Origin: a virus
Virus record (IMG/VR): IMGVR_UViG_3300044732_000704
Coordinates: 29,435-93,434 of that record
DNA: 64,000 bases
Strand: one strand, 5' to 3'
Part shown: in pieces, positions 46,405-56,875 of the stretch
Position numbering within the stretch: position 1 is the stretch's first letter
How the letters are laid out: every line of letters begins with the position of its first letter
Program-made: the position numbers and the translations under genes
Notes under the pieces: model-generated
The model's database searches: none
Told to the model about the DNA's origin: nothing
Seen by the model: the letters and a program-made list of their open reading frames with translations, nothing else

Positions 46405-47481
46405 ATGGCTCAATTCGGTCGTTTCCAAATTCAAAAATCTGTAACTCGTGATCTGGGTAACTTGAACAGTCTGCATGACTTCTCAAGCACTCTGTTAGAG
46501 AACAGCCCTAACATCCCTTCTCTGCTGACTGAGTTAATCCCTCTGGATGTAGAGTATATGAATACCTCTACTTGGGAACATGACGACAAAGTAATGCGTG
46601 TTGCTTTACCAAGTGACAAGTCTTACTCTGACCGTGGTGATAACTTTGATGCTCGTGAGAGTTCAAAAACTCACTTATTCAAAATCCCTTCATTCGGTAT
46701 TCAAACACACATTCGTCCACAAGACGCTCTGCGTAGCCGAGTGCCGGGTACTAAAGACACTCTGGACTCAATGGATCGTCTGGTAGCAAATGACATTCGT
46801 GACATTCGCCGTTCATTCGCCCTGTTACAAGAGAAGTGTTTAGCTCACCTGATCACCACTGGTACTTCATACGTCCCTAACGGTTCAGCTCCAGTAACTG
46901 ACTTCTATACTGAATACGCAGGTACTTCTGCTGCTGCTCGCCCAACAGTTAACTTCCAACTGTCTGACGCTACTAAATATCCAGCAGAAGTTGGTGAAGA
47001 TGCTCGTGCATTAATCAACGAAAACCTGTTAGATGGTCAAACCGTTTCCGGTTATGTTGCCCTGTGTGGTCGTAACTTCTTCAAAGATCGTATCCATCAC
47101 CCGAAAGAAGAACAAGCTCGTGTGGACCGTACCGACATGTGGGGTCAAGACCCACTGCTGAAACGTCTGGCTAACTTCTCTAAACAGTATCGCATGTACG
47201 TTGGCGCTGATGACATCGTTTACATCCAGTACGATGCTAAGATTGGTGGTGTTGACCTGATTAACACTAACGAAGCATACATCATGCCAGCCGGTGTTGA
47301 AGGTATGTTTGCTCGTCGCTATGCTCCAGCGGAAACTATGTCTTACGTTAACACTGTAGCTCTGCCAGAATACGCATGGCGTTCAGACAATGAACACACT
47401 GGTACTCACATCATGTACGAAAGTAACTTTGGTGATTACCTGTTGTCTCCATTGACAATCATCAAGGCTACCAAGTCTTAA
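46405..47481 (+). CDS. Major capsid protein (phage capsid E family)
   Basis: 358 aa, strong codon bias, YAPAETMSYVNT motif, followed by a terminator. Confidence 0.88.
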   Translation: MAQFGRFQIQKSVTRDLGNLNSLHDFSSTLLENSPNIPSLLTELIPLDVEYMNTSTWEHDDKVMRVALPSDKSYSDRGDNFDARESSKTHLFKIPSFGIQTHIRPQDALRSRVPGTKDTLDSMDRLVANDIRDIRRSFALLQEKCLAHLITTGTSYVPNGSAPVTDFYTEYAGTSAAARPTVNFQLSDATKYPAEVGEDARALINENLLDGQTVSGYVALCGRNFFKDRIHHPKEEQARVDRTDMWGQDPLLKRLANFSKQYRMYVGADDIVYIQYDAKIGGVDLINTNEAYIMPAGVEGMFARRYAPAETMSYVNTVALPEYAWRSDNEHTGTHIMYESNFGDYLLSPLTIIKATKS

Positions 47482-47489
47482 TTGGGGCG

Positions 47490-47515
47490 GGAGGGCTTGT
47501 CCCTCCCTTCTTTCT
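47490..47515 (+). terminator. Terminator after MCP
   Basis: GGGAGGG-CTTGT-CCCTCCC followed by TTCTTT. Confidence 0.75.
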
Positions 47516-47532
47516 CACAGGAACAATATTAG

Positions 47533-47958
47533 ATGGCAATTGATTTAGACTTTAACTGTGAGTTAGCTCAAGTCAGGGTTAACATAGGCGACCCTTCAGG
47601 TGAACATATCACCGACAATGCAATTTCTTCTGCTTTGGTTAAATACAATAATGATGTGGTTAAAGCATCCATTCTTTGTATGGAAGCAATCAAGGCACAT
47701 TTTAGTACACTTGCTGACAGAGAGAAAGTTGGTGAAGTGGAAATCGAATACAAACGTCTGTATGAGCGCTACAAGCAATTACTAGACGACTTCGTTAAAG
47801 CTAATACATCACGATACAGTGCTGGTATTTATATCGGTGGCGTGTCTCTCAGTGAGCGTAATCGTGTCATTGAAGACCAAGATGTATTCACAGGCTATGA
47901 CCAACAAGATTGGACAGACATTATGCAATCTCGCAGAGGTCTGGTGGAGATTAAGTAA
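47533..47958 (+). CDS. Head-tail adaptor
   Basis: QVRVNIGDP, IYIGGVS; synteny. Confidence 0.7.
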   Translation: MAIDLDFNCELAQVRVNIGDPSGEHITDNAISSALVKYNNDVVKASILCMEAIKAHFSTLADREKVGEVEIEYKRLYERYKQLLDDFVKANTSRYSAGIYIGGVSLSERNRVIEDQDVFTGYDQQDWTDIMQSRRGLVEIK

Positions 47959-48101
47959 TGGCTATTATTAAAGTGGTGGATAACACTACTGGTGAAGTTA
48001 AAGAATGGAGTACCGATGACGAGCAAAGTAACGTTCAAGAGAAACGGAAACCTCGCAAAGCTGGTAGCAAAACTCCAGAAACTGAACAGACAGAAGATTG
48101 A
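47958..48101 (+). CDS. Small hydrophilic protein (47 aa) overlapping the next gene
   Basis: TAATG coupling and GGAG RBS; MAIIKVVDNTTGEVKEW... Confidence 0.45.
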   Translation: MAIIKVVDNTTGEVKEWSTDDEQSNVQEKRKPRKAGSKTPETEQTED

Positions 48102-48504
48102 AGTAGGTTATTTCCAGTCACAGGGAATACACACTTCATCTAAATTACATTACACAGAATTGATGCGTATACACGAACATGGTGTTGGTGTGTATGTCAG
48201 ACCTGTACTCGGCTCTGAGAAATCATATAACTACTCAGATACAATTGTAGGTCAAATGGAAGCAGGAAGCTTCAAGAAATTATTAAAAGGTTGGTTGTGT
48301 GATTATGTGAAGAATCCTAATTTCACTAATGACCACCTAGCTGACAAGTTCGGTATGTGGGCTGTTCATTCCGCTAATGAAATCTTCGGTAATCCAGATG
48401 TCCTCTGGGTAACTACTAATGAAACACCATTGATTGATACATCTGAGTTAGCTGATAACTTCGCTTGGAAAGTTAGTTGGAGAGGGACGGTGCATACACT
48501 ATGA
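48016..48504 (+). CDS. Neck/tail completion protein
   Basis: IHEHG, RPVL, TPLIDTSEL motifs. Confidence 0.7.
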   Translation: MTSKVTFKRNGNLAKLVAKLQKLNRQKIEVGYFQSQGIHTSSKLHYTELMRIHEHGVGVYVRPVLGSEKSYNYSDTIVGQMEAGSFKKLLKGWLCDYVKNPNFTNDHLADKFGMWAVHSANEIFGNPDVLWVTTNETPLIDTSELADNFAWKVSWRGTVHTL

Positions 48505-48866
48505 GACTACTTAATACAAGCTCTGTTAAAGTTACACGTTATGGTGAACAAGCTCTTGATGACAATGGTAACGTTGTAGTGACACAGAAACAAACATTCA
48601 CCGTTACCGGTAATTGGCAACCAGTACCTAACGTACAGAAAGGTGAAGTAGCTAAAGTATTACCTGAAGGTGTTAAGATTGAAGATGTATTAGTATTCTT
48701 CACTAAATCAGAGCTAAAACCGGATAACGAAAAGACTGGTGTTACTGGTGATGAAGTAGAGCTAGACGGTTGGCGATACAAAGTAATTCAAGAGCGTAAT
48801 TGGTCAGTGCAACTTCCACGTATTCGACACAGAGAATTCTTGTTGGTAAGGAAGACTAAGCTATGA
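48501..48866 (+). CDS. Head closure protein
   Basis: GNWQP, LPEG motifs; synteny. Confidence 0.65.
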   Translation: MRLLNTSSVKVTRYGEQALDDNGNVVVTQKQTFTVTGNWQPVPNVQKGEVAKVLPEGVKIEDVLVFFTKSELKPDNEKTGVTGDEVELDGWRYKVIQERNWSVQLPRIRHREFLLVRKTKL

Positions 48867-49504
48867 GTTATACAAACAGTCTTAATATCAACACACAACA
48901 AAATGGTATTATCAACTTAGTAAAACAAGTTGTTGGTACACGATTAGCTCAAATCAAATCATCTTCTAATGTTGGACAATTAGTTCCAGCAGTAATAAAG
49001 AAACGTTCTACAGACAGAGCATCTACAAATCAACCAGCCGTTGATTTACCTTACCCTTACTGCTTAGTTGATTTCCTCAATGCTTCCTTCTGGGGTGGTG
49101 CTGAGCTAGTCAATGAGAAGTATGCAGATAATGGTAACAGATTATACGAGACTGATTACATTGTCAAGTTCGTAATAGATTTTGTCGGAAGACAGACAGA
49201 CGATGTTCACAGTATAGCGTTAAGTCTTCATAAAGCCCTTACAACATCATTCTTCAGAAACAAAGTATCTGACCTCACAGGAGGAAGATTGTTTAAGATT
49301 TCTAATGATGTTAAGCGAGGGATGATACAGCGTCAAACAGAGTGGGTTGATTTATCCACAATAGTTATTGACATTACATTCAGAGATGTTCTTGAAATTG
49401 ATTCTGAAGGTAATATCGTACAAATCATTCTCAACGGGGAACTACATGATCATTTCATTGACCCTGATCCTATTTTAATAAACATAAACACTAACGAGGT
49501 TTAA
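48863..49504 (+). CDS. Tail terminator/neck protein
   Basis: PYPY motif; directly before sheath. Confidence 0.6.
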   Translation: MSYTNSLNINTQQNGIINLVKQVVGTRLAQIKSSSNVGQLVPAVIKKRSTDRASTNQPAVDLPYPYCLVDFLNASFWGGAELVNEKYADNGNRLYETDYIVKFVIDFVGRQTDDVHSIALSLHKALTTSFFRNKVSDLTGGRLFKISNDVKRGMIQRQTEWVDLSTIVIDITFRDVLEIDSEGNIVQIILNGELHDHFIDPDPILININTNEV

Positions 49505-49506
49505 TA

Positions 49507-50853
49507 ATGGCTGGTGCTATTACCGACATTGCAAATGTCACCATCTCTTTACAAGGTGTTACTGTTAGCCGTCAGGGTTATGGTACTCCGGTATTCTTAG
49601 CGAAACACCGCTTCACTCAGGAAGTAGTTACCGCTTATTCTAATCTTTTATCTGTTGGTCAAGTATTCCCTACTACTCACAGTGTATACAAAGCTGCTAC
49701 TCAATTCTTCGCTAACACCCCAGTTGGTAAAGCGTTTAAAGTTGGTCAGATTGAAGCTGATTTAAAGCTGACTCCTTCCGCTGTTGCTACTGGTAAGATT
49801 TATAGCTTCACAATCGCTTCAGGTGCTGTATCGGCTAATATCTCTGTTACAGCTACTGGTTCAGATACAACTACTACAATCGCTACAGCTATTGCTGCTG
49901 CTGTTGAAGCATCTACTGTAGGTGCATTAGTTGCCGCTACAGCAGCTACTGGCGTTGTTACAATCGCTCCTACAGGTACTAACAAGTTTGCTGTAACTGC
50001 TCTACTGAACGTAACAGATTCTTATACCTCTACAGCTACTGCTCCACAAGCTCTGCAACGTGTATTAGACGCTGACTCAGATTGCTACTTCATTGCATCA
50101 GAAGACCATTCAGAAGCATGGGTATTAGCTATGGCTGCTGATGTAGAAGCCCGTAGTAAACTGTATGCTGTTGCTGTTGAAGGTGCTACTAACTACGGTA
50201 CTTACGTTAAAGGTGCTGCTGTATCAGGTGACATCTTAGGTAAGCTGTCAGATGCTGGTTACTTCCGTACATTCGGTTTGTATCATCAACGTGCTGATGA
50301 AGACTTCGTGGAATTAAACTACGTAGGTCACAATGCTCCGTTTGATGCTGGTTCAGTAATTTGGACTAACAACGTAGTTGCTCTGGCTGCTTCTCAGAAT
50401 GTAGACGGTAATGTCCTGACACAAACACAACAGAATAATTTGTCTGCTCGTAATGCTACATTCATTCGTTTAGAAGGTGGTCAGAATGCTACTCGTGGTG
50501 GTCTGGTTGCTGGTGGTGAGCGCATTGACAACATCCGTGGTCGTGATGCTTTAGAGAATGAAATGAAAGCTAACCTGACTGCTCTGTTACTGTCTCAGAA
50601 AGGCGGTAAGCTGCCATACAACAACAACGGTATCAACGCTGTTCGTTCTACCATTGCTAAAACTCTGGATCTGTTTGTTCGCCGTAGCTTCATCAATGAC
50701 AACTACTTAATCACTTTACCTGATGAGCGTGACGTATCCGCTGCGAAGAAAGGTTTAGGTCTGTTGGACGAAGGTTACTTCAAAGCTGAGTTGTCTGGTT
50801 CAATCGAATTGATTGACATCACCGGTACACTGGCAATTTCTTTTAACGCTTAA
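49507..50853 (+). CDS. Tail sheath protein (DUF3383-like)
   Basis: IDNIRGRDAL, KLPYNNNGI motifs; 448 aa. Confidence 0.88.
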   Translation: MAGAITDIANVTISLQGVTVSRQGYGTPVFLAKHRFTQEVVTAYSNLLSVGQVFPTTHSVYKAATQFFANTPVGKAFKVGQIEADLKLTPSAVATGKIYSFTIASGAVSANISVTATGSDTTTTIATAIAAAVEASTVGALVAATAATGVVTIAPTGTNKFAVTALLNVTDSYTSTATAPQALQRVLDADSDCYFIASEDHSEAWVLAMAADVEARSKLYAVAVEGATNYGTYVKGAAVSGDILGKLSDAGYFRTFGLYHQRADEDFVELNYVGHNAPFDAGSVIWTNNVVALAASQNVDGNVLTQTQQNNLSARNATFIRLEGGQNATRGGLVAGGERIDNIRGRDALENEMKANLTALLLSQKGGKLPYNNNGINAVRSTIAKTLDLFVRRSFINDNYLITLPDERDVSAAKKGLGLLDEGYFKAELSGSIELIDITGTLAISFNA

Positions 50854-50865
50854 TTGGAGTAAACA

Positions 50866-51360
50866 ATGGCTTATATTAAAACTTACTCACCTCAAAGTGT
50901 GCGCATCTCTTGGGGTGGGGTTATGATCACGGGTTACGCAGATGGTGAATTCGTTACTATCACCCCTAACTCCGACTTAACTGACGAGGTTGTGGGCGCT
51001 GCCGGCGATGTGGCACTTACAAAGATTGCCAACTACACAGCAATGGTAACAATCACTCTGTTACAGAATGCTGAGTGTAACTTATACTTATCAAACATCT
51101 ATGCTGCACAGCAACGTGCTGACGATATTGTTCGTGAGAACATGACCATTGTAGACCCATCTGGTTCAACCCTGTATGAATGCCGTGACGCACACCTAAA
51201 AACTGCTGCTCCGGTAACATTATCGGATGGTCAGAACGCGAAAAGCTGGCAATTCTTTGTCTCTAACATGATTCCTGTTTCTTCTAACAGTGAAATCACT
51301 CAAGCCCTCGGCATTGCGTCCCAAGTCGCAGCCGCAGCCGAACTTCTTGGTGTAGGCTAG
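50866..51360 (+). CDS. Tail tube protein
   Basis: TYSP..V, ITGYADG, ITLLQ motifs. Confidence 0.85.
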   Translation: MAYIKTYSPQSVRISWGGVMITGYADGEFVTITPNSDLTDEVVGAAGDVALTKIANYTAMVTITLLQNAECNLYLSNIYAAQQRADDIVRENMTIVDPSGSTLYECRDAHLKTAAPVTLSDGQNAKSWQFFVSNMIPVSSNSEITQALGIASQVAAAAELLGVG

Positions 51361-51368
51361 TAATGATT

Positions 51369-51392
51369 AGCCCCGCTTTGTCGGGGCTTTTT
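51369..51392 (+). terminator. Terminator after tail tube
   Basis: AGCCCCG-CTTTGT-CGGGGCT-TTTT. Confidence 0.8.
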
Positions 51393-51402
51393 ACTTTAAG
51401 AG

Positions 51403-51975
51403 GTGATTGTGTTGAACTTTAACGGTAGTGGTTGGTCACTATTCAAAGATAGGTCGGTTGCCGTATACAACCCAAGGTTAGTTTCTTTAGTATTAGGAAG
51501 TCAACCTATCACTGAATTTGCTCCTGACCAGATGGTTAACATTTCCTACGCTGCTGAGAATATCGGCGTAGTAAAGGGTATCGATGGTAACACGGCATTA
51601 CAGAGACAAACAAACAAAGACGCTATTGTAACATTCACTCTACTTCAGATGAGTCAGAACAATAAGTGGTTGTTAGATATTCAGCGTAATATGCAAGACC
51701 CTAGAAAACCTATTGAGCTTCCTCAATTAGTGTTTACAGATTATAACTTAATGGTGAGTTGGAAGTCAACATCATCATTCATTCAGAAGCATCCAGACCA
51801 ATCCTATACGAATATGGCTGGTGCTACAACATGGTCGGTGTACTGTATTGACATGCAGCCTAACCAGAACATTAAACTAGATGATTCATTATTGACGAAT
51901 GAGCAAATCCTATTCCGTAAAGTAGGTGAAGCGGTGAAGTCTGTTGGGAAACAGATTACATCAGTATTCTCGTAA
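51403..51975 (+). CDS. Tail tube paralog / tube initiator
   Basis: VYNP, ITEFAPD, GIDG, FTLLQMS motifs parallel the tail tube. Confidence 0.7.
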   Translation: MIVLNFNGSGWSLFKDRSVAVYNPRLVSLVLGSQPITEFAPDQMVNISYAAENIGVVKGIDGNTALQRQTNKDAIVTFTLLQMSQNNKWLLDIQRNMQDPRKPIELPQLVFTDYNLMVSWKSTSSFIQKHPDQSYTNMAGATTWSVYCIDMQPNQNIKLDDSLLTNEQILFRKVGEAVKSVGKQITSVFS

Positions 51976-51996
51976 TGAACAAAGGAGAACTTTCAA

Positions 51997-52440
51997 ATGC
52001 AAATGCCAGCAAATAATTTTCGTATGACAGAGATTGACGGAAGTCAATATCAAATTAAACTCTTAGATGGTATGAGTGGTTTCAAAACCTCAGTAGAATT
52101 ATCTAAAGTGTTGTTACCGTTAGTGGGTGAATCATTCGATGCTTCACGACATGATGATGTGTTTCATGGAGCACCTAAAACATTCCGTGAGATGGCACTT
52201 TTACTGTTACAACAATTAGACCAAATCAATTTAGAAGATATGATCTTCAATCGTCTGTTAGCTTATTTAGTTAAAGATGGTGTTCAAGTTAAGTTGGCTG
52301 ATATTATCATGGGCCAATATGAAGTGTTGATTGAATTAGTAGCCTTTGCTATTGAACAGAACTTCGGGAGTCTTTTCAAGGGAAAGGGTTTAATTTCTCG
52401 TTTTCAAGAGAAGTTTCAGAGCATGACCAGCCCTACTTAA
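51997..52440 (+). CDS. Tail assembly chaperone (G-like)
   Basis: Upstream of tape measure; contains G GGA AAG slippery site. Confidence 0.8.
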   Translation: MQMPANNFRMTEIDGSQYQIKLLDGMSGFKTSVELSKVLLPLVGESFDASRHDDVFHGAPKTFREMALLLLQQLDQINLEDMIFNRLLAYLVKDGVQVKLADIIMGQYEVLIELVAFAIEQNFGSLFKGKGLISRFQEKFQSMTSPT

Positions 52441-52655
52441 ATCAAGTATTGGCTGCGATAAAGAAAGGCACCCTTCTTGATGATGAAGATTGGTTCTTTT
52501 ATCAAATATCTGAAATGACTGAATTCAAAGTGAGTGCATGGGAATTAATGAACGTGTACACATATATTGAATGCTTGAAACTACGAGAATATCTGACAAT
52601 CAAATATACAAAAGAAGAAGCATATCGAAAGGATGCTAAACTGCGGGAGAAATAA
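52380..52655 (+). CDS. -1 frameshift extension of the tail assembly chaperone (GT-like)
   Basis: GGGAAAG at 52380-52386 in X XXY YYZ register; -1 frame open to 52655. Confidence 0.8.
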   Translation, partial: GKGFNFSFSREVSEHDQPYLNQVLAAIKKGTLLDDEDWFFYQISEMTEFKVSAWELMNVYTYIECLKLREYLTIKYTKEEAYRKDAKLREK

Positions 52656-55600
52656 TGTCCAGCCCAATTGAAGATTTTATTGTCAGCTTGGGATTTGATA
52701 CATCAAAAGTCAAATCTCAAATTCAAGATTTACACAAATCGTTAGAAAAGTTGGCTGTTGGAGTAGATGCTAAACGTGTTAAAAACGGATTAAAAGCTGA
52801 GAAGCAAATATCCGATAACGCTGTAAAAGTTGCTGAAACAACAGCTAAGAAAAAAGAAGACATTGAAAAGAAAACTGTAAAACAATCTATTGCGTTACAG
52901 GATAGTCATGTCAAAGCTCAAATTAAACTGCAAGAAAAACTAGCTAAACAAAAAGCTAGAGACTTCAATCTTGTTGAAAAAGCTTTACAGAAGACACAGA
53001 AGAAAGCGATTGAACGACAAGAAGCGTTGTATCGTTTAAACAATAAAGCCAAACCAGCACAGAATCCATCACAATCTTTTATAGAATCAGCAAAGAGACA
53101 ACAAGCTGTTCGTGGATTATTGAATAATGAACAGAACCCTCAGCTTAAAGCTATGGGCAATTACTATCGTAAGATGCAATCTGACCAGTCGGCTTTAGGT
53201 ATTGCAAACGAACGATTACGTAAACGCAGGTCACTAGGTACTCTCACTAACCTACAAGCTTTCCGTGATCTGAAGTCTAGTGGACCCGAAGGAAGACAAC
53301 ACGCATTACAAGCTCTATTGTCAGCAAGACAAGCTGCTCGTGGTGGTTCATTAGAAAAGATTAAATCCATTCGTGCTACTGTAATTAAACTGAATAGAGA
53401 TTTGAAAGAATCTAATGCTCGTGTAGCTACATTGCTGACAGCACCAACAGGTTCTGCTACTAACAACACATTCAACGCTATCAAGAAGGGTGGTGGTTTT
53501 CAGAACTACACTTCTCAACAACAGTCGATGTTAGTACAAGGCGCTCAGAAACAAACCACACAGAAAGGTGCTGACGCATTTGTTCGCGCAGCAAGAGATG
53601 TAGAACGCTATCGTCCTCTTGGTGGTGCTAAGATTGATGCAGCTATTGCATCAGGTAATATAGATCAGCTTAGAACAGTGACGAAAGAACTGTCTAGGAT
53701 GAACCACGAGCTTGAGAAACAGCGTAGGCATAGTATGGGTGCTGCTGCTGCAATGAGTAGCTTACAGGACTCTACACGCAATATGGTGCGAGAGTATGCT
53801 AGTTTGTATGCTTTGTTTGCAGGTACTACGTATTTCAAAGAACAGATTAAAGCATTAGATTCAATGAATGCTTCTGTATTAGCTGTGTCAGATAATTCTG
53901 AGCAAGCTGCCGCTACAGTAGGTTATCTGAAAGATGTTATTGTACAAAATGGTTTGTCGTTAAAAGATACGACTAAAGACTTTGTTAAACTTCGTGCTGC
54001 AATGCAAGATAAATATTCTCTTGACCAAACTAAGCAAGCATTTGAATCATTAACTAAGTCTGGTATTATTCTTCAGTTGTCACAAGATGATATGGCTGGT
54101 ACAGTAAAAGCTGTAGCACAAATGTTCTCTAAACAACAAGTAATGGCTCAGGAACTTAAAATTAGGTTCGCTGCATAGAAATGTGCAGAAAAATATATTC
54201 CTTTAATTGCGGGGAAATCTTGACAGGTGTTGACTACCGTGTATAATATACAAAGCAAACAGTAATGTGTTTGTGATGGTAAAAACGTCAACAATAGAGA
54301 CAATCCGCAGCGAAGCAGAAAATTCTCTGAAAATCAGTAGGAGCAGAAATGTTTGTAAATAAGATAAAAGTTATAGTATTGAAAGATTACCCAAATTATG
54401 CAGTAAGTGCTTGTGGTAAAGTTTTTAATATAAAAAGAAACAAAGAGATCGCACAATCAATTAAGGTGATAAATAATTATCCTAGTTGTTATGTGAGATT
54501 GTCCGTAGAAGGTGTCGTGTACAATAGAAAAGTACACAGATTAGTTCTTGAAGCATGGCAAGGTTGTCCAGACAAAAAGCTGCAAGTCAACCACAAAGAC
54601 GGTAACTCTTTAAACAATAACGTTGAAAACCTTGAGTGGGTAACAGCCAGTCAAAATCAACGACACGCAGTTTCTACAGGACTTAAAGGTAAAGGCTCAG
54701 ACTTATACAATGCGAGTCTAACTGAAGACGCTGTACATAAAGTTTGTCAAATGCTTGTCAACGGACACAGAATCTGTGATATAGCTAAGGAAGTTAACAC
54801 ATCCAAAGGTGTTATAAGATTGATACGTGCCGGCGACTGTTACTTCCACATAAGGCAGCTTTACAAAATAGAACATAACTATCCCAATGACTTCTCTGTG
54901 AATACTGTCAAGTGGGTTTGTTATAGAATTTTAGACGGATTGGGTGATAAAGAAATTGCGAAACTCAGTAGCAATGACAAGCTCAGTACGATAGAGATAA
55001 AACGAATTAGATATAAGATTCGTTATAAAAACATTTCTGATGAATTTTTCTGAACGTTCAACGGCCAGTCGAAAGACGTAGACTCAAGTGAGTCGAAATG
55101 GGGAACCCTTAACATTAAGTTGAAGGTGAAGATATGGTCTGATCTTACAGGAGACTGTAAGCAGCTTGAATAAAGCGGGGAAGGGTTAACGACCCTTCCT
55201 GAACATAATGTAAAGAACAGCTAGGCGACAGATTACCAATAGCAATGAGAGCCTTAGAAAAATCCACAGGTAAAACAGCTAAAGAGTTGTTTAAAATGAT
55301 GGAGCAAGGACAACTTGGTGCCGAATATATTCTTCCGTTCGTATTACAAATGGAGAAGTTGGTAAACGTCAATGACGCTTATACTAAATCTCTTGATAAG
55401 CTTGGTATTGTAGAGAACAGAATGAAAGCAGCTTTCTCTGTAACTGCTGCTGAGAACTTAGATAAAGGTGGTTTTACTGAAGGTCTGAAAAACTTCTTCA
55501 AAACAATAACTGATCTGGTTAACAATAATGAAGATACACTACAGCGTCTTGGCAGAATATACAAGAAAGTGTTTGATGTACTGTCAGTTGTAGTGAGAGG

Positions 55601-56240
55601 TGCTACACAATGGTTTGCTTCTTTCTTACGTTCTGTAGAAACGGTAGGTCAGGCAATAGGATGGTTTGTTGATAACCCTCTGGCGGCTTTAATAGTGGCT
55701 ATGCCTATTCTGATTACTAATATGAAGAATTTAGGTTTAGTGATGGCTGCTGCTTTCAAAACACCTCTCGTTATTCTGACTACAATCGTAGGTGTACTTG
55801 ATGAAATCAGAGCATACTTTGATGATGATGTAGTTGGTTTGTTTGATGATAAGGGTTGGTCTGAAGAAAAGAGTAAGAAAGTACACGCCCAACGACGAAT
55901 GATGATGGGTATGGGTAGTGCTGAAGACGCTAAACTTGTTGGCGGTGATTTCACAGTAGGGCCATTAGCTCAATTTGGGCAAGACATCGCTAAGAATATG
56001 CCCGTTGCTTCTCAGACAGAACACGGTTCAGTAATACTTTCGGCACTGGAAGGTTTTGCTAAAACATCCTTCGATTATACTATGGCTGGATTGAAAGACT
56101 TTACATCTTGGTATTCACAAAATACTGTTGGTGGTAATATCAGTATCACAATCAATTCACCTGACCCAGAAAAAGCTGGTGAAAGTGTGAAGAAGGAATT
56201 AGAGCGTATGACTGGCATGCAATCTGTTGGAGTAAGGTAA
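52655..56240 (+). CDS. Tape measure protein, spliced: join(52655..54156,55211..56240), 843 aa
   Basis: Splicing restores the QMFSK..VMAQELKEQLGDRLP tape-measure motif. Confidence 0.88.
54157..55210 (+). mobile_element. Group I intron in tape measure gene (1054 nt) carrying an HNH endonuclease
   Basis: P1 GAACT/GGTTC; AATTGCGGGGAA/AATCCGCAG; AACGGCCA and AAGATATGGTCT; terminal G. Confidence 0.9.
54349..55053 (+). CDS. Intron-encoded HNH homing endonuclease (NUMOD4-HNH type)
   Basis: YAVSACGKV, VHRLV, VNHKDGNSLNNNVENLEWVTASQNQRHA. Confidence 0.92.
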   Translation: MFVNKIKVIVLKDYPNYAVSACGKVFNIKRNKEIAQSIKVINNYPSCYVRLSVEGVVYNRKVHRLVLEAWQGCPDKKLQVNHKDGNSLNNNVENLEWVTASQNQRHAVSTGLKGKGSDLYNASLTEDAVHKVCQMLVNGHRICDIAKEVNTSKGVIRLIRAGDCYFHIRQLYKIEHNYPNDFSVNTVKWVCYRILDGLGDKEIAKLSSNDKLSTIEIKRIRYKIRYKNISDEFF

Positions 56241-56875
56241 TGGCTGTATTCTACATCAAAACAAAAGCTGGTGATGTCTTTGAATTGACAGCCACCACTG
56301 ATGTAGGGTTTCAACATAGAAATACTAATACGAAGTTCCCCGTTGAATCGGGGGCTTCTATTACAGATCATTCTGTTGTTGAAAATTCTACGTTTACATT
56401 ATCTGGTGTGATCACTGAAGTTGTCAATCTCACTAAGAACTCTCCACAGAAAGGTATCAAAGATTACATTCAAGGTTTAGATACTTTACGTAAATCTCGT
56501 GAACTATTTACGGTGTTCTTAGACAACCGTTTATCTCCATACAAGAACTGTTTGTTTACAGACTTCAGTGGACAGAAAGGTGTTGTTGAAGGGCTTGGGA
56601 GTTGGCGTATTAATATGTCAATTGAACAAGTACGTATCGTAGACAAAGCTAAAGCTTCTTTAGTTGAAGTAGCTGGGGAATCTTCTGATGATACAGTAAA
56701 CGCAGAAAAAGCTAAAGCTGATGCACTTGCTGGAAAGAAAGACAGCGGTAGTAAGTCTAATACTAAACCTGAAAGTTTATTTCGGGCCGGTGCGGATGCG
56801 GTATTACCTGAAGAACAAATTAATAAGTGGTTGGGTGGTGCGAGATTACCTGATGGTATCACAGGAGCAGGTTAA
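56240..56875 (+). CDS. Baseplate/distal tail (Dit-like) protein
   Basis: TKFPVESGASITDH motif. Confidence 0.75.
   Translation: MAVFYIKTKAGDVFELTATTDVGFQHRNTNTKFPVESGASITDHSVVENSTFTLSGVITEVVNLTKNSPQKGIKDYIQGLDTLRKSRELFTVFLDNRLSPYKNCLFTDFSGQKGVVEGLGSWRINMSIEQVRIVDKAKASLVEVAGESSDDTVNAEKAKADALAGKKDSGSKSNTKPESLFRAGADAVLPEEQINKWLGGARLPDGITGAG

Noticed and set aside
41141-55247. ORF-track starts at 41141, 43641 and 55245 as independent genes, or these genes as frameshifted pseudogenes
   Set aside because: They are 3' exons; the TTG/ATG at 41141 and 43641 are the last intron bases, and splicing restores conserved motifs
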